Assembly (NCBI GenBank): GCA_002338655.1 | Contig: DDIU01000049.1 | Location: forward strand, 2,830 to 66,829 | DNA: 64,000 nt | Source of the DNA: Flammeovirgaceae bacterium UBA1842 | GTDB lineage: Bacteria; Bacteroidota; Bacteroidia; Cytophagales; Cyclobacteriaceae | Direction: 5' to 3' | Shown here: piece by piece, positions 47,514 to 58,015 of the stretch | Layout: the number at the start of each line of letters is the position of its first letter | Numbering within the stretch: the first letter of the stretch is position 1 | Translations under genes and position numbers: made by a program | Notes under the pieces: generated by a model | The model's input: only the letters and a program-made list of their open reading frames with translations | Told to the model about the DNA's origin: nothing | The model's database searches: none

Positions 47514-49538
47514 ATGAGGTGCATTATACTAATTTTCTTCAGTCTTTTATCCCCATTAGCAAATGCACAAAAGGTGCTATGGGCTACAGAACTTCTGGAA
47601 GTTTCTTCCGAATGGAGGGTTCCAAGACATTTGATGCAAATTGGTGACGATTCCTTTAAAGCTTTGCAGGCATTGGGAGAACCCAATATATATCCTGGTA
47701 GTAAAGGGTCCACACGTGCTTGGACACCCAGGAAAGACGACACAGAAGATTTTATTAAAGTTGGTTTTGAGGAGCCATTAAAAATTAAACAGATAGCTAT
47801 TGCCGAGGCATTAAACCCAACGGCCATTTCAAAAGTATATGCCTATGATATTGATGGCAATGAATATTTAATCAATGTATTCAAACCCAAGCCCATTCCG
47901 ATCAATGGTCGCCTTCTCAATATCTTTATGGAGGAAACCCCTTATAAAGTGGTGGCTGTTAAAGTGGTTATTGATGGTTCAAAAGTCCCTGGGTTTAATG
48001 GGATAGACGCAATAGCCATTTCTGACTCTGACATTCCTATAAAAATAGATATCAAATTCGCCAAAGGGGTATATGCTGAAGTTAAGCCTGAGAAGTTGAG
48101 CAATAACATCAATAGCCCATATAAAGACTTAAAGCCTCTTATTACCCCCGATGCACAGGCCATGTTTTTTAGTAGGGTTCAGGATCCCGAAAATGTTGGC
48201 GGCAAAAAAGATTTGGAAGATATCTGGTATGCAAAAAAAGACAAGAATGGTGAGTGGCAAAAAGCTTATAATATCGGTGCGCCATTGAACAATGAAGGAC
48301 CTAATTTTATTTCATCAATAGTCCCTTATAAAACAGGCTACGTTCTATTATTGGGCAATCAGTACAAAAAGAAAAAAATGTATGAAGGTTTGTCCATTGC
48401 ATATATTCTGGATAGCACTGTTTCCGAAATTAAAAGTATTGATATTGAAAACAGGGAAAATTATTCGCCCTATGCCAATTATTTTTTAAGTCAGGATCAG
48501 CGGGCCATACTTATGTCTGTACAGCGGAGGGATACTTATGGTAATAGGGACTTATATGTATCCTTTATCCAGGAAAATCAAAACTGGTCAACTCCAAAAA
48601 ACTTGGGAAGTGTTGTCAATACTTCTGACGAAGAATCTTCCCCATTTTTGGCACCTGATGGTAAAACACTTTATTTCTCATCAAAGGGACATTTGGGATT
48701 TGGTGGGAGTGATATATTTGTTACTCATCGGTTGGACGATACCTGGACCAACTGGTCAAAACCAGAAAATCTGGGAGCCACTCTAAATGATGAAAACGAT
48801 CAGATTTTCTTCCATTTAGCCTACGACTCGAAATACGCATATTACACTACTGGAACTGGGACTGATGCCGACATATACCGTATTGAGCTACCCGCAATGT
48901 ACCTCCCTGAGCCAGTGGTAACACTTTATGGGCACGTACTGAATAGCAACACATTGGAGCCCATATCCGAAGCTGAACTAACATTGTACAATACGGGTGG
49001 CAACTTTATAATTAGCCAACAAACAACCACTGCCAGTGGTTATTACAGCTTTGTTTTACCCATAGGCATAGTCTATGAAATAGATGCCAAGAAAGAAAAA
49101 TTTGTGACTGTTGAACATGAACCGATTGATTTATTTACGGTGTATGAAAGCGATAGTGTAAAACGTGATATCCTCCTTAATCCCATTGAAGTGGGGCAGC
49201 GGGTACCTTTAAATAACATCTATTTTGATTTTGACAAGGCAACATTGCGTAGTGAATCCATACCACAACTCGATAATATAGTTGAATTCCTCAAGGAAAA
49301 TAAAAAGGTGAAAATTGAACTAGATGGTCACACTTGCTCTATAGGTAAAGAGGATTATAACCAAAAATTATCTGAAGATCGCGCCAGAGCGGTATTACAA
49401 TATCTGTTGGATAATGGTATTAAAGAAAAACGGTTGACCTCCTTTGGCTTTGGCGAAACAAAACCAGTCGAATCCAATGTTCAGGAATCAGGGCGTGAGA
49501 AAAACAGACGAGTGGAGTTTGTGATTTTAGAGAAGTGA
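47514..49538 (+). CDS. OmpA-domain protein with PD40 propeller (PorE-like)
   Basis: PD40-like DEESSPFLAPDGKTLYFSS, C-terminal NIYFDFDKATL, IELDGHT and NRRVEF. Confidence 0.88.
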   Translation: MRCIILIFFSLLSPLANAQKVLWATELLEVSSEWRVPRHLMQIGDDSFKALQALGEPNIYPGSKGSTRAWTPRKDDTEDFIKVGFEEPLKIKQIAIAEALNPTAISKVYAYDIDGNEYLINVFKPKPIPINGRLLNIFMEETPYKVVAVKVVIDGSKVPGFNGIDAIAISDSDIPIKIDIKFAKGVYAEVKPEKLSNNINSPYKDLKPLITPDAQAMFFSRVQDPENVGGKKDLEDIWYAKKDKNGEWQKAYNIGAPLNNEGPNFISSIVPYKTGYVLLLGNQYKKKKMYEGLSIAYILDSTVSEIKSIDIENRENYSPYANYFLSQDQRAILMSVQRRDTYGNRDLYVSFIQENQNWSTPKNLGSVVNTSDEESSPFLAPDGKTLYFSSKGHLGFGGSDIFVTHRLDDTWTNWSKPENLGATLNDENDQIFFHLAYDSKYAYYTTGTGTDADIYRIELPAMYLPEPVVTLYGHVLNSNTLEPISEAELTLYNTGGNFIISQQTTTASGYYSFVLPIGIVYEIDAKKEKFVTVEHEPIDLFTVYESDSVKRDILLNPIEVGQRVPLNNIYFDFDKATLRSESIPQLDNIVEFLKENKKVKIELDGHTCSIGKEDYNQKLSEDRARAVLQYLLDNGIKEKRLTSFGFGETKPVESNVQESGREKNRRVEFVILEK

Positions 49539-50711
49539 TTTCCTTCTTTTTAACTCCTTTCTAATCTGTGACAGCTCCCTGCTACTTTGCCCAGCTACAG
49601 AAGTATTTTCACTAGCTCTACGAAGTAAATAGGGCATCACCGATTTTACGGGTCCATAGGGCACGTATTTCGCAACATTGTAACCAGCCTTTGCCATATT
49701 AAATGATATGCTATCGCTCATCCCATAAAGTTGAGCAAACCAAACTCTGCTATCATCATTTTTAAGGCTGTGTTTTTCCATCAATAAAGCTAGGTAATAG
49801 TTACTATATTCATTGTGTGAACCACAAACCATGTAAATTCTTTGTTTGTTGTCCATGCAATAGGATAAGGCTTTATTGAAATTTTCATCCGTGGCCTCCT
49901 TGTTGGGTTGTATTGGGCTGGTATAACCCATTTCTTCAGCTCTTTCACGCTCCTTTTCCATATACGCCCCTCTAACCAATTTTACTCCCATATAATAACT
50001 GTCCATCACTGCATCCTTAAAAGCCTTTTTCAAATTTGGCAATGTATCAGTTCTATACATTTGAAAAGTATTATAAACAATGCACTTTTCCTGATTATAC
50101 TTTTTCATCATTTGATAAGCCAGTGAGTCAATTGGATCTTGCAACCAGGTTTCCTCAGCATCAATTAATATCGGCACATCACTTTCAAATGCTTTTCTAC
50201 AAATTGTATCCACCCGATCTCTAATCTTCTCGAAAGCAGCTTCTTCACTTTGATTTAGTGTTTTCCCTTCTTGTATCTTTATTAACAGTTCACTACTTGC
50301 CAATCCTGTCGTTTTAAAAACACTGAATGGTATAGTTGAAGATTTGGCAGCCTCCTCTATTGTTCGAATTATTTCATCCCTTGTTTGATCGAAAGAAACC
50401 TCGTCATTTCCACCTTCTACCGAATAATCGAGTATTGTCCCAATATTATATTTCCCAAGCTCCTCTATCGTTGCTTTACTTTTTGCAATGGTCTCACCCC
50501 CACAAAAATGCTCAAATACAGTATTTTTGATTATCCATTTAATGGGTAGCCTAAGGGCCAATGCGAATTTTACCGAGCCAGTAGAAATACCTGACATTAA
50601 TGGATTATTAACCACTGTAAATAAAATGTTGGCCTTTTTTAATGCCCAGTCCGACTTGGCTTCAAAGGCAATGGAAGTATCTTCAAAATTGACGTTCGAT
50701 TTCAGTTGCAT
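49527..50711 (-). CDS. Monofunctional proline dehydrogenase
   Basis: ILDYSVE, LIDAEE, KLVRGAYME, GSHN, AQLYGMSD and KYVPYGP. Confidence 0.93.
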   Translation of the reverse strand: MQLKSNVNFEDTSIAFEAKSDWALKKANILFTVVNNPLMSGISTGSVKFALALRLPIKWIIKNTVFEHFCGGETIAKSKATIEELGKYNIGTILDYSVEGGNDEVSFDQTRDEIIRTIEEAAKSSTIPFSVFKTTGLASSELLIKIQEGKTLNQSEEAAFEKIRDRVDTICRKAFESDVPILIDAEETWLQDPIDSLAYQMMKKYNQEKCIVYNTFQMYRTDTLPNLKKAFKDAVMDSYYMGVKLVRGAYMEKERERAEEMGYTSPIQPNKEATDENFNKALSYCMDNKQRIYMVCGSHNEYSNYYLALLMEKHSLKNDDSRVWFAQLYGMSDSISFNMAKAGYNVAKYVPYGPVKSVMPYLLRRASENTSVAGQSSRELSQIRKELKRRKSLL

Positions 50712-50787
50712 AGATGTATTTTAAAACAATATCAAAGATATAAAATAACCTATAATGACCTGATTTGTTTTAATTTAATATCTTTAA

Positions 50788-51867
50788 ATGCTTATGGAAA
50801 AAGAATTGTCAATAGAGCAGGCGAGAACAAAAATTGATTCAATCGATCATCAGCTACTCATTTTGCTGAATGAAAGGATGGAAATAGTAAAGGCCATTGG
50901 TGACCTTAAGAAGACAACAAAGGCTGCTGTTTACCGACCCGAACGTGAACAGGCCATTCTCAGCCGTTTATCCGAACTAAGTACAGGCAGGCTGAATGCC
51001 AAAGCTATTGATGCTATATTTTTAGAAATATTTGCTGTAAGCAGGAACATAGAATTGCCAGAGAAAGTGGCCTTTCTAGGCCCAGAGGGTAGCTTTACCC
51101 ATCAGGCAGCCGAGAGCCGGTTTGGCGCAATGAGTGAATATATAGCATTAAAAACCATACGAAGTGTGTTTGAGTCGGTAGCTACGGGCAGGGTCAGGTT
51201 TGGGATGGTACCGGTAGAGAATAATCAGGAGGGAATTGTCACAGACACAGTAAACCTCCTAAGCAACCTTGATATAAATATAGTTGCGGAGATTCCAATG
51301 CCCATCCACTTTACTTTTTGCTCAGTTAATGACAGTGTTAATTCTATCAAAAAGATTTATTCAAAAGATATCGCCTTTGGGCAATGCCGGGAGTTTATCG
51401 ATAATTATTTTGATGAAAATATTGAATTGGTACCAGTTGAATCAACCAGTCGAGCCGCCCTATTGGCCAGTGAAGATGAATCTAGTGCGGCAATTTGTTC
51501 CAACATAGCGGCTAAAATGTATAATCTACCCATGTTGTTTGAAAATATTGAAGATAGTGCTAATAATTATACGCGGTTTTTAATAATCTCTGATGATTTT
51601 AAAAACCAACAAAGTGGAAATGATAAAACTACGATCTTAGCTAAATTGTCTGCTGAACCGGGCAGTCTGGCGAAATTCCTTCAAAATTTCTATCAAGCTG
51701 GTATCAATCTGACAAAAATAGAAAGCTATCCCGCTAAAGTGGGCAAAACCTTTAACTATCAATTTTTATTGGAGTTTGAAGGGCACTATTTAGATGAAAA
51801 CATTGATAAAATTTTTAAGAAGCATAAAGAAATAAAGTGGTTGGGTAGTTATCCTAAATTGTGTTGA
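50788..51867 (+). CDS. pheA: Bifunctional chorismate mutase/prephenate dehydratase (P-protein)
   Basis: CM IDSIDHQLL...YRPERE, PDT FLGPEGSFTH, PVEN, NYTRF and ACT LTKIESYP. Confidence 0.93.
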   Translation: MLMEKELSIEQARTKIDSIDHQLLILLNERMEIVKAIGDLKKTTKAAVYRPEREQAILSRLSELSTGRLNAKAIDAIFLEIFAVSRNIELPEKVAFLGPEGSFTHQAAESRFGAMSEYIALKTIRSVFESVATGRVRFGMVPVENNQEGIVTDTVNLLSNLDINIVAEIPMPIHFTFCSVNDSVNSIKKIYSKDIAFGQCREFIDNYFDENIELVPVESTSRAALLASEDESSAAICSNIAAKMYNLPMLFENIEDSANNYTRFLIISDDFKNQQSGNDKTTILAKLSAEPGSLAKFLQNFYQAGINLTKIESYPAKVGKTFNYQFLLEFEGHYLDENIDKIFKKHKEIKWLGSYPKLC

Positions 51868-51868
51868 T

Positions 51869-52954
51869 ATGAAAGAAAAAATAGAATCGTTGTGGGCTAA
51901 AAACAAAGGACATGTTTTAATTGCAGGCCCATGTAGCGCGGAGACTGAGGAGCAGCTAATGGCTTCGGTAAAAGCCATTGCCGCTGAAGGGATTAAAGTG
52001 GCGAGGGCTGGTGTTTGGAAGCCCCGAACAAGGCCAAATACATTTGAGGGGATTGGAGTACCCGCACTTGAATGGATTCAAAATATTAAAAAAGAAATCG
52101 ATATTCAGTTTGCTATTGAGGTGGCAACCGCACAACATGTTGAATTAGCATTAAAACATGACATAGATGTGTTGTGGATCGGTGCCCGAACTACCGTGAA
52201 TCCATTTACCGTGCAGGAGATTGCAGATGCATTAAAAGGGGTTGATATTCCCATTTTAATCAAAAACCCAATCAACCCTGATCTGGCCCTGTGGATTGGT
52301 GCCTTTGAAAGAATAGCCAATTCGGGAATAACAAAATTAGGGGCTATCCATCGTGGGTTTTCATCGCATAGGAAAACAAAATACAGAAATGAGCCGCTAT
52401 GGCATATACCAATCGATTTAAAGAGAACATTCCCCGATATTCCAATGATCGGTGACCCCAGCCATATTGGAGGAACGCGTGATCTTATCGAAAGCATCTC
52501 ACAAAAAGCACTTGATCTAAATTATGATGGCTTGATGATTGAGGTACATCCTGATCCCGATAAAGCATGGAGTGATGCAAAACAACAAATAACACCCGCC
52601 AGGTTAAAGGAGCTGTTGGAGGTGCTACAAATTAGGTCTGCTACATCTGACAATGTCCTGTTCATATCTAAGTTGGAACAACTAAGAAACAAAATAGATG
52701 AAAGTGACCACGAATTAATTGATGTGATCAGAAACAGAATGGACATTGTTGAAGAAATCGGTCTTTATAAAAAGGAGAATAACGTTGCCATACTCCAATT
52801 GGATCGTTGGAATGAGATTATAAAATCGAGAGGAATGTGGGGTAAAGAGGTCAATCTCAATAGTGAATTCATTGAAGATATTTATAAATTGATTCATGCA
52901 GAATCCATCAAAAAACAAACTACAATTTCTAACGGCCACAAATTATCCGAGTGA
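51869..52954 (+). CDS. DAHP synthase (type I-beta-like) fused to a C-terminal chorismate mutase
   Basis: IAGPCSAE, WKPRTRP, WIGART, KNP, DPSHIGG and GLMIEVH, plus an AroQ domain LRNKIDESD. Confidence 0.9.
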   Translation: MKEKIESLWAKNKGHVLIAGPCSAETEEQLMASVKAIAAEGIKVARAGVWKPRTRPNTFEGIGVPALEWIQNIKKEIDIQFAIEVATAQHVELALKHDIDVLWIGARTTVNPFTVQEIADALKGVDIPILIKNPINPDLALWIGAFERIANSGITKLGAIHRGFSSHRKTKYRNEPLWHIPIDLKRTFPDIPMIGDPSHIGGTRDLIESISQKALDLNYDGLMIEVHPDPDKAWSDAKQQITPARLKELLEVLQIRSATSDNVLFISKLEQLRNKIDESDHELIDVIRNRMDIVEEIGLYKKENNVAILQLDRWNEIIKSRGMWGKEVNLNSEFIEDIYKLIHAESIKKQTTISNGHKLSE

Positions 52955-53979
52955 ATAAAATAGACAACACCACAAATGTAAATGAATCATTACATTCATT
53001 TTTAGCATCGAAAGAGTACACTCATATTGCCATTTTGGTTGATAAAAATACATTAAAACATTGCTATCCATTATTAAAAAACCTGCCAGAACATGATTTG
53101 ATGATCATTGAATCGGGTGAAGATCAAAAAACGATTTCCACTTGTATTGATGTTTGGCAGGGTCTTACTGACAATCAGTTTGATAGAAATGGGTTAATGA
53201 TCAATCTGGGAGGCGGTGTGATTGGTGATCTAGGGGGTTTTTGTGCACGTACGTTTAAAAGAGGTATGGATTTCATTAATATTCCCACCACGCTGTTGGC
53301 TCAGGTCGATGCAAGTATTGGTGGGAAATTAGGGGTGGATTTTAACGGTTTCAAGAATCATGTTGGTATTTTTAGCGAACCAGACTTAGTCATTATTGAT
53401 ACAGTTTTTCTTAAAACACTTCCCAAATCTGAGTTGAAATCCGGTTTTGCCGAAATTATTAAGCACCATTTAATTGCTGATGACAAAGCCTGGTCAAAAC
53501 TCTTAAGTACAAAATGGGATGCAATGAATTGGCCTTCACTGGTTAAACATTCCATAAATATAAAAAAGGCGGTGGTTAAAAAAGATCCTAATGAAAAAGG
53601 ATTGAGGAAAACGTTAAACTTTGGCCATACCCTTGGTCATGCTATTGAAAGTCATTATTTACCCTCCCCTTCGCCACTTTTACATGGTGAGGCCATAGCC
53701 ATTGGAATGATAGGTGAGAGTTACTTATCCTATAAAAAAATGATGATCACCAAAGAAGAATTGGATCAGATTACAAACTACATCAATTCGGTTTATACGA
53801 AAATAAATATTGCAGACTCAGATTTGGGAGTCATCATGAAAAACATACGGCAAGACAAAAAAAATAAAGGCAATATAATATTGGCCGCACTACTCAATGG
53901 GATTGGCACTGCGGTGTGGGATTGTCAAATCAATGACGAAGATATAGCTGAAGCTTTAATGTACTATAATCAAACATAA
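52951..53979 (+). CDS. aroB: 3-dehydroquinate synthase
   Basis: GGGVIGDLGGF, PTTLLAQVDASIGGK and LNFGHTLGHAIE. Confidence 0.96.
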   Translation: MNKIDNTTNVNESLHSFLASKEYTHIAILVDKNTLKHCYPLLKNLPEHDLMIIESGEDQKTISTCIDVWQGLTDNQFDRNGLMINLGGGVIGDLGGFCARTFKRGMDFINIPTTLLAQVDASIGGKLGVDFNGFKNHVGIFSEPDLVIIDTVFLKTLPKSELKSGFAEIIKHHLIADDKAWSKLLSTKWDAMNWPSLVKHSINIKKAVVKKDPNEKGLRKTLNFGHTLGHAIESHYLPSPSPLLHGEAIAIGMIGESYLSYKKMMITKEELDQITNYINSVYTKINIADSDLGVIMKNIRQDKKNKGNIILAALLNGIGTAVWDCQINDEDIAEALMYYNQT

Positions 53980-54149
53980 TTGATATCGGAGTCATCATAT
54001 TGATTTATGCCTTTGGCATTTTCAACTTGTGACATCTTCTTTGCAAATAAGCTCCTTGCCCTTTTACCGGTTCTGCCAACGGTCATTGCCGTAACAATAG
54101 CCCCAGTAGCAACTCCCAGTAATAAGACCAATGTTTTACCTGTTTTCAT
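53970..54149 (-). CDS. 59-aa small membrane protein (YtxH-like), missed by the ORF track
   Basis: Hand translation gives MKTGKTLVLLLGVATGAIVTAMTVGRTGKRARSLFAKKMSQVENAKGINQYDDSDINYV*. Confidence 0.65.
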   Translation of the reverse strand: MKTGKTLVLLLGVATGAIVTAMTVGRTGKRARSLFAKKMSQVENAKGINQYDDSDINYV

Positions 54150-54243
54150 TATTTCTTTTTATCCAACTACTGACACAAACTATGCCAATATGGTTATAAA
54201 CGAAATATGAGCTATAATTGTTCATGACATAATTTAAATATTA

Positions 54244-55470
54244 GTGACTCATAAAAATATCTTTATAAAAAGGAAAAATGATTTTCAAAATCTGATCATT
54301 AGCCTTCCTGCTTCGAAGAGCATATCCAATCGTGCATTGATCATTGAAGCTTTGAGCAAGGGTGACTCTGAGCTGTTCAATTTATCCAGTGCCAGGGACA
54401 CGCAGACCATGTTGCGGCTATTAAAAAGCACTGAACAAGTGTTGGATGTGCTGGATGCCGGGACCACCATGCGATTTCTCACGGCCTTTTTTACAATAAA
54501 TGGTCATAACAAAACCCTCACGGGATCCAATAGAATGAAACAAAGGCCCATTGGTATATTGGTTGATGCATTGCGTGCAATTGGTGGGGATATAGATTAT
54601 TTAGAAAATGAAAATTATCCACCTATAGCCATCAATGGATTTAGCGATCTCAACCTGAAAAGCTTATCGATAAAAGGAGATGTAAGTAGTCAGTATATTT
54701 CTGCCTTAATGATGATTGCTCCACTTTTGAGCAATGGACTCATTATACATCTGGAAGGCAAAATAGGAAGTAGGCCTTATTTGGAAATGACCGCATCGGT
54801 AATGTCATCATTTGGAGTGAATGTGAGCTTCTTAGGACAAACAATGGACATTAGACCACAATCGTACAAGGGTTGTGAATATGTTATTGAGCCAGACTGG
54901 TCAGCGGCTAGCTATTGGTATTCATTCGTTGCTTTAAGTAACAGTTCGTCCATCACAATCAAGGGGCTTAGATTACCTTCCATTCAAGGTGATTGTGTAT
55001 TGGTAGAAATGATGAAGTCTTTAGGTGTGGACACCACATTTACTGATAAAGGAGCTATATTAAGCAAGACTACTTTTGTGAAAGATTTCTCATTTGATTT
55101 TACTGATTGTCCTGATCTGGCGCAAACTGTAGCTGTAATCTGTGCGGTAAAGGGCATTCGGATAAAGATGACTGGTTTAGAAAGTTTAAGGATAAAAGAA
55201 ACAGATAGGATCAGCGCACTTCAACAGGAGTTAAAAAAAATTGGGGCGGAATTAATACAACATAGTAACTTCTGGAGTGTAAGCCCCACAAATAATATTC
55301 CCAAAGAAGTATTTATAAATACCTACGATGACCACAGGATGGCCATGGCTTTTGCACCGCTTGCCATGCTTATGGATGTAAATATTGAAGATCCAGACGT
55401 GGTTAATAAATCTTATCCCGGATTTTGGGAAGACCTGAAATTGGTTGGAATCACTTCAGTTCGAAGTTGA
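54244..55470 (+). CDS. aroA: EPSP synthase
   Basis: LPASKSISNR, AGTTMRF, SSQYISAL, DCPDL, KETDRI and DDHRMAM. Confidence 0.96.
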   Translation: MTHKNIFIKRKNDFQNLIISLPASKSISNRALIIEALSKGDSELFNLSSARDTQTMLRLLKSTEQVLDVLDAGTTMRFLTAFFTINGHNKTLTGSNRMKQRPIGILVDALRAIGGDIDYLENENYPPIAINGFSDLNLKSLSIKGDVSSQYISALMMIAPLLSNGLIIHLEGKIGSRPYLEMTASVMSSFGVNVSFLGQTMDIRPQSYKGCEYVIEPDWSAASYWYSFVALSNSSSITIKGLRLPSIQGDCVLVEMMKSLGVDTTFTDKGAILSKTTFVKDFSFDFTDCPDLAQTVAVICAVKGIRIKMTGLESLRIKETDRISALQQELKKIGAELIQHSNFWSVSPTNNIPKEVFINTYDDHRMAMAFAPLAMLMDVNIEDPDVVNKSYPGFWEDLKLVGITSVRS

Positions 55471-56231
55471 TGAAGGTAATTAGCTGATTTCAATAACCGG
55501 CTACCATACCAAGAGAACATTTCACCATCCACAAGGTACACCTGGGATTTTTTAAATTCCTGCTGAAAATTTCTCAAATGTTTCTCACGGAAAGGAAAAG
55601 GCTCTGATGAAAGCAATATAATATCGGGATCGATTGTGCGAATCCCTTCAGCAGTGACTTCAGGGTATCTTTGATGATGTATAGCATTGACCAACCCAGC
55701 CTTTTTGAGCATTTCGTCTATAAAAGTATCCTTGCCTACTACCATTATCGGATCATTCCAAATTAAATATAGTACAGAGAGTGGTTGATAAGTTGGTAGT
55801 TGCTCAAAAGAGAGTTTGATATTTTTACTAAGTGCTTTTGCTTTCTTTTCACAATTAATAAGGCGACCTACCTCATTGATCATTTCTAATGAATCAATCA
55901 AATTAGAGATATCACTCATCCACACAGGGTATTTTTTCTTCAATTGGTCGATACCTTCTTTATAATTTTCTTCCTTGTTGCCAATGATCAAATCTGGTCT
56001 GAGTTGATCAATCATATCAAAATTAAAATTTTTTGTTCCTCCGATTATCTCCACCTTTTTTACCTTATCAGCTGGATGGACACAGAATTTTGTTAAGCCC
56101 ACTATGTTGCTTTCAAAACCAAGATCAAAAAGAAGTTCCGTTTGGGAAGGGACGAGGGAAATGACCCGTATGGGAGTTTGAGGCACCCCTACCTCAAACC
56201 CCATTTGGTCAATAAATATTCTTGCCGCCAT
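55413..56231 (-). CDS. Helical-backbone metal receptor (BtuF-like periplasmic-binding fold)
   Basis: RVISLVPSQTELL, VGLTKFCVHP, GGTK, KEEN and DGEMFSWYG. Confidence 0.85.
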   Translation of the reverse strand: MAARIFIDQMGFEVGVPQTPIRVISLVPSQTELLFDLGFESNIVGLTKFCVHPADKVKKVEIIGGTKNFNFDMIDQLRPDLIIGNKEENYKEGIDQLKKKYPVWMSDISNLIDSLEMINEVGRLINCEKKAKALSKNIKLSFEQLPTYQPLSVLYLIWNDPIMVVGKDTFIDEMLKKAGLVNAIHHQRYPEVTAEGIRTIDPDIILLSSEPFPFREKHLRNFQQEFKKSQVYLVDGEMFSWYGSRLLKSANYLHQLRTEVIPTNFRSSQNPG

Positions 56232-56266
56232 TGGACAAATCTAAAATAGGCGGTAGAAATAAAAAA

Positions 56267-57416
56267 TTAATTATTCAAAAGTAAAACTCCCGTTGAAGGA
56301 ATTTTTGAGTTTAAAAAATTAGGTATCGTTATGGTAAAGGTTGTCCCTTTACCATACTCAGACTGCACCTGAATTTGTCCACCAAGTCTATCAACTGTAT
56401 CTTTTACAATGTACAAGCCCAAACCAGAACCTTTAGCATTTTCATCTGCTCTGTAAAAGATATCGAAGATATTAGACAGGTATTGCTGTCTGATTCCGAT
56501 ACCATTATCTTCCACTTTAATCACACACTCGTCAGGCGTAACCTGCACTTTCATGTTAATAAATTGATTAGACTTCGTCTTATCACTGTATTTTAACGCG
56601 TTGGAAATTACGTTTGTTAGAATCGTTTTAATTCTGACAGAATCTGAATACAAATCAGAAATCCTGTTTAGTGTATAATCTATTTTAATATGTTGAGAAT
56701 TATGGAAATTTGTGAGCTGCCTTAATTCACCTTTTATTATATCGTCTAGATTTATTACTTCATTTTTCACCGCCAGCTTCTCATTTCGATAAAATGCTGT
56801 TTATATCTTCAATGAAATTATCAAGTTGACCAAGGCTACATTTGATCATCTTTAAATAATCATGTTTGCCTTTATCGGGATCAATTTCCGCCAACTCCAC
56901 AAGTCCCAAAGCCGATAGCAATGGTGCCCTTAAATCGTGGGATATCTTATAAATAAATTGATCCAACTCATTATTGGCTTTAAGCAATTTTTGCTCAGCA
57001 AGCTTTCTGTCAGTTATATCATGGAGGTTAATAACCAGTCCACTTACTTCCTCGTTGCTTAGTAGATTTGAAATTGTAACATCGAAGTATACCGTTCTGT
57101 TATTCTTTGAATGAATACAGATTTCAGTGAATTTATCTTCTGATGAGCCAGTATTGTGTTCAACGAATCTTCTTAGGGATGTTTCCTTTGCAGGATCAAT
57201 AAATTCAAATAAACTTTTGCCAATTGCTGTTTTTGGCATCATCCCCAAAACCTTAATTACCGAGTGCGTGATATACTTTATTGTATAATCCGCACCGGTA
57301 ATTAATATTATGTCATTTGATTTTTCAACAATAGATTTAAACATTTCACCTTCAATATCCCCCACTCCAAATTCATCTAAACCGCAAAAATCAAAATCAC
57401 TTTTAAATCCAACCAT
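56267..57416 (-). pseudogene. PAS-HisKA-HATPase histidine kinase split by a 1-nt frameshift
   Basis: ORF 56781-57416 has PAS and the H-box SHDLRAP. ORF 56267-56770 has N/G boxes. Removing one A at 56800-56802 fuses them as EDITAFYRNEKLAVKNE. Confidence 0.8.
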
Positions 57417-57450
57417 TCCGTTGATTTACTATTTTTGATTTGATTTTTGA

Positions 57451-57972
57451 CTATATAAGTATTGCCATAGCTGACAACTGACCACTTACCTTCAAGTTTG
57501 ATTGGTCAATAGTTTTTTGATTTAACTCAAAAGCTAATTTGTTGTTTACAGTTTTAAAATTAATGGCACTACCTTTAAGGCCTAACCCGGGATAATCAGT
57601 AATAGTTAATGCTGAATAGGATTTTACCTTACTGTTGATGGCATCAAATGATTTTCCTTGATCCTTACCAATGTATATGATATGGCATTTTGAAATAGCA
57701 GCCACAGATTCAAATTTCTTAACAACAAATTTCTTATCTCCCCTCAATTTACCATCATACCATGTCTTTAAGGTATTGTAAACTTCATCTTCACCTATAA
57801 CCCCTATCACGAAATCTTGAGAAGGATCATAATCTGGCCACTGGATGTACTTTACAAAATTGTAAATCATCATTGAATGGATCTCATAAATTGAACGTTC
57901 ATTACCTGCTGTACCGACAAAAGAAACGAACATTGCTAATGTTAATGCTAAGCTTGAAATAATTTTTTTCAT
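57451..57972 (-). CDS. YfiR/HmsC (DUF4154) family exported protein, copy 1
   Basis: Signal peptide, MIYNFVKYIQWP, CHIIYI, LTITD, INF and LKVSGQLSAMA. Confidence 0.88.
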   Translation of the reverse strand: MKKIISSLALTLAMFVSFVGTAGNERSIYEIHSMMIYNFVKYIQWPDYDPSQDFVIGVIGEDEVYNTLKTWYDGKLRGDKKFVVKKFESVAAISKCHIIYIGKDQGKSFDAINSKVKSYSALTITDYPGLGLKGSAINFKTVNNKLAFELNQKTIDQSNLKVSGQLSAMAILI

Positions 57973-58015
57973 GTTATAATTTGTTAATAAACTTTTTGGA
58001 CAATACGTGTTGGCT

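Noticed and set aside
54007-54210. 67-aa plus-strand ORF between aroB and aroA
   Set aside because: It is better explained as the shadow of the minus-strand 59-aa ORF, which has a more protein-like composition.
56232-56266. Cobalamin riboswitch upstream of the BtuF-like gene
   Set aside because: The intergenic gap is only 35 bp and holds just a -7 box; no B12 box was seen.
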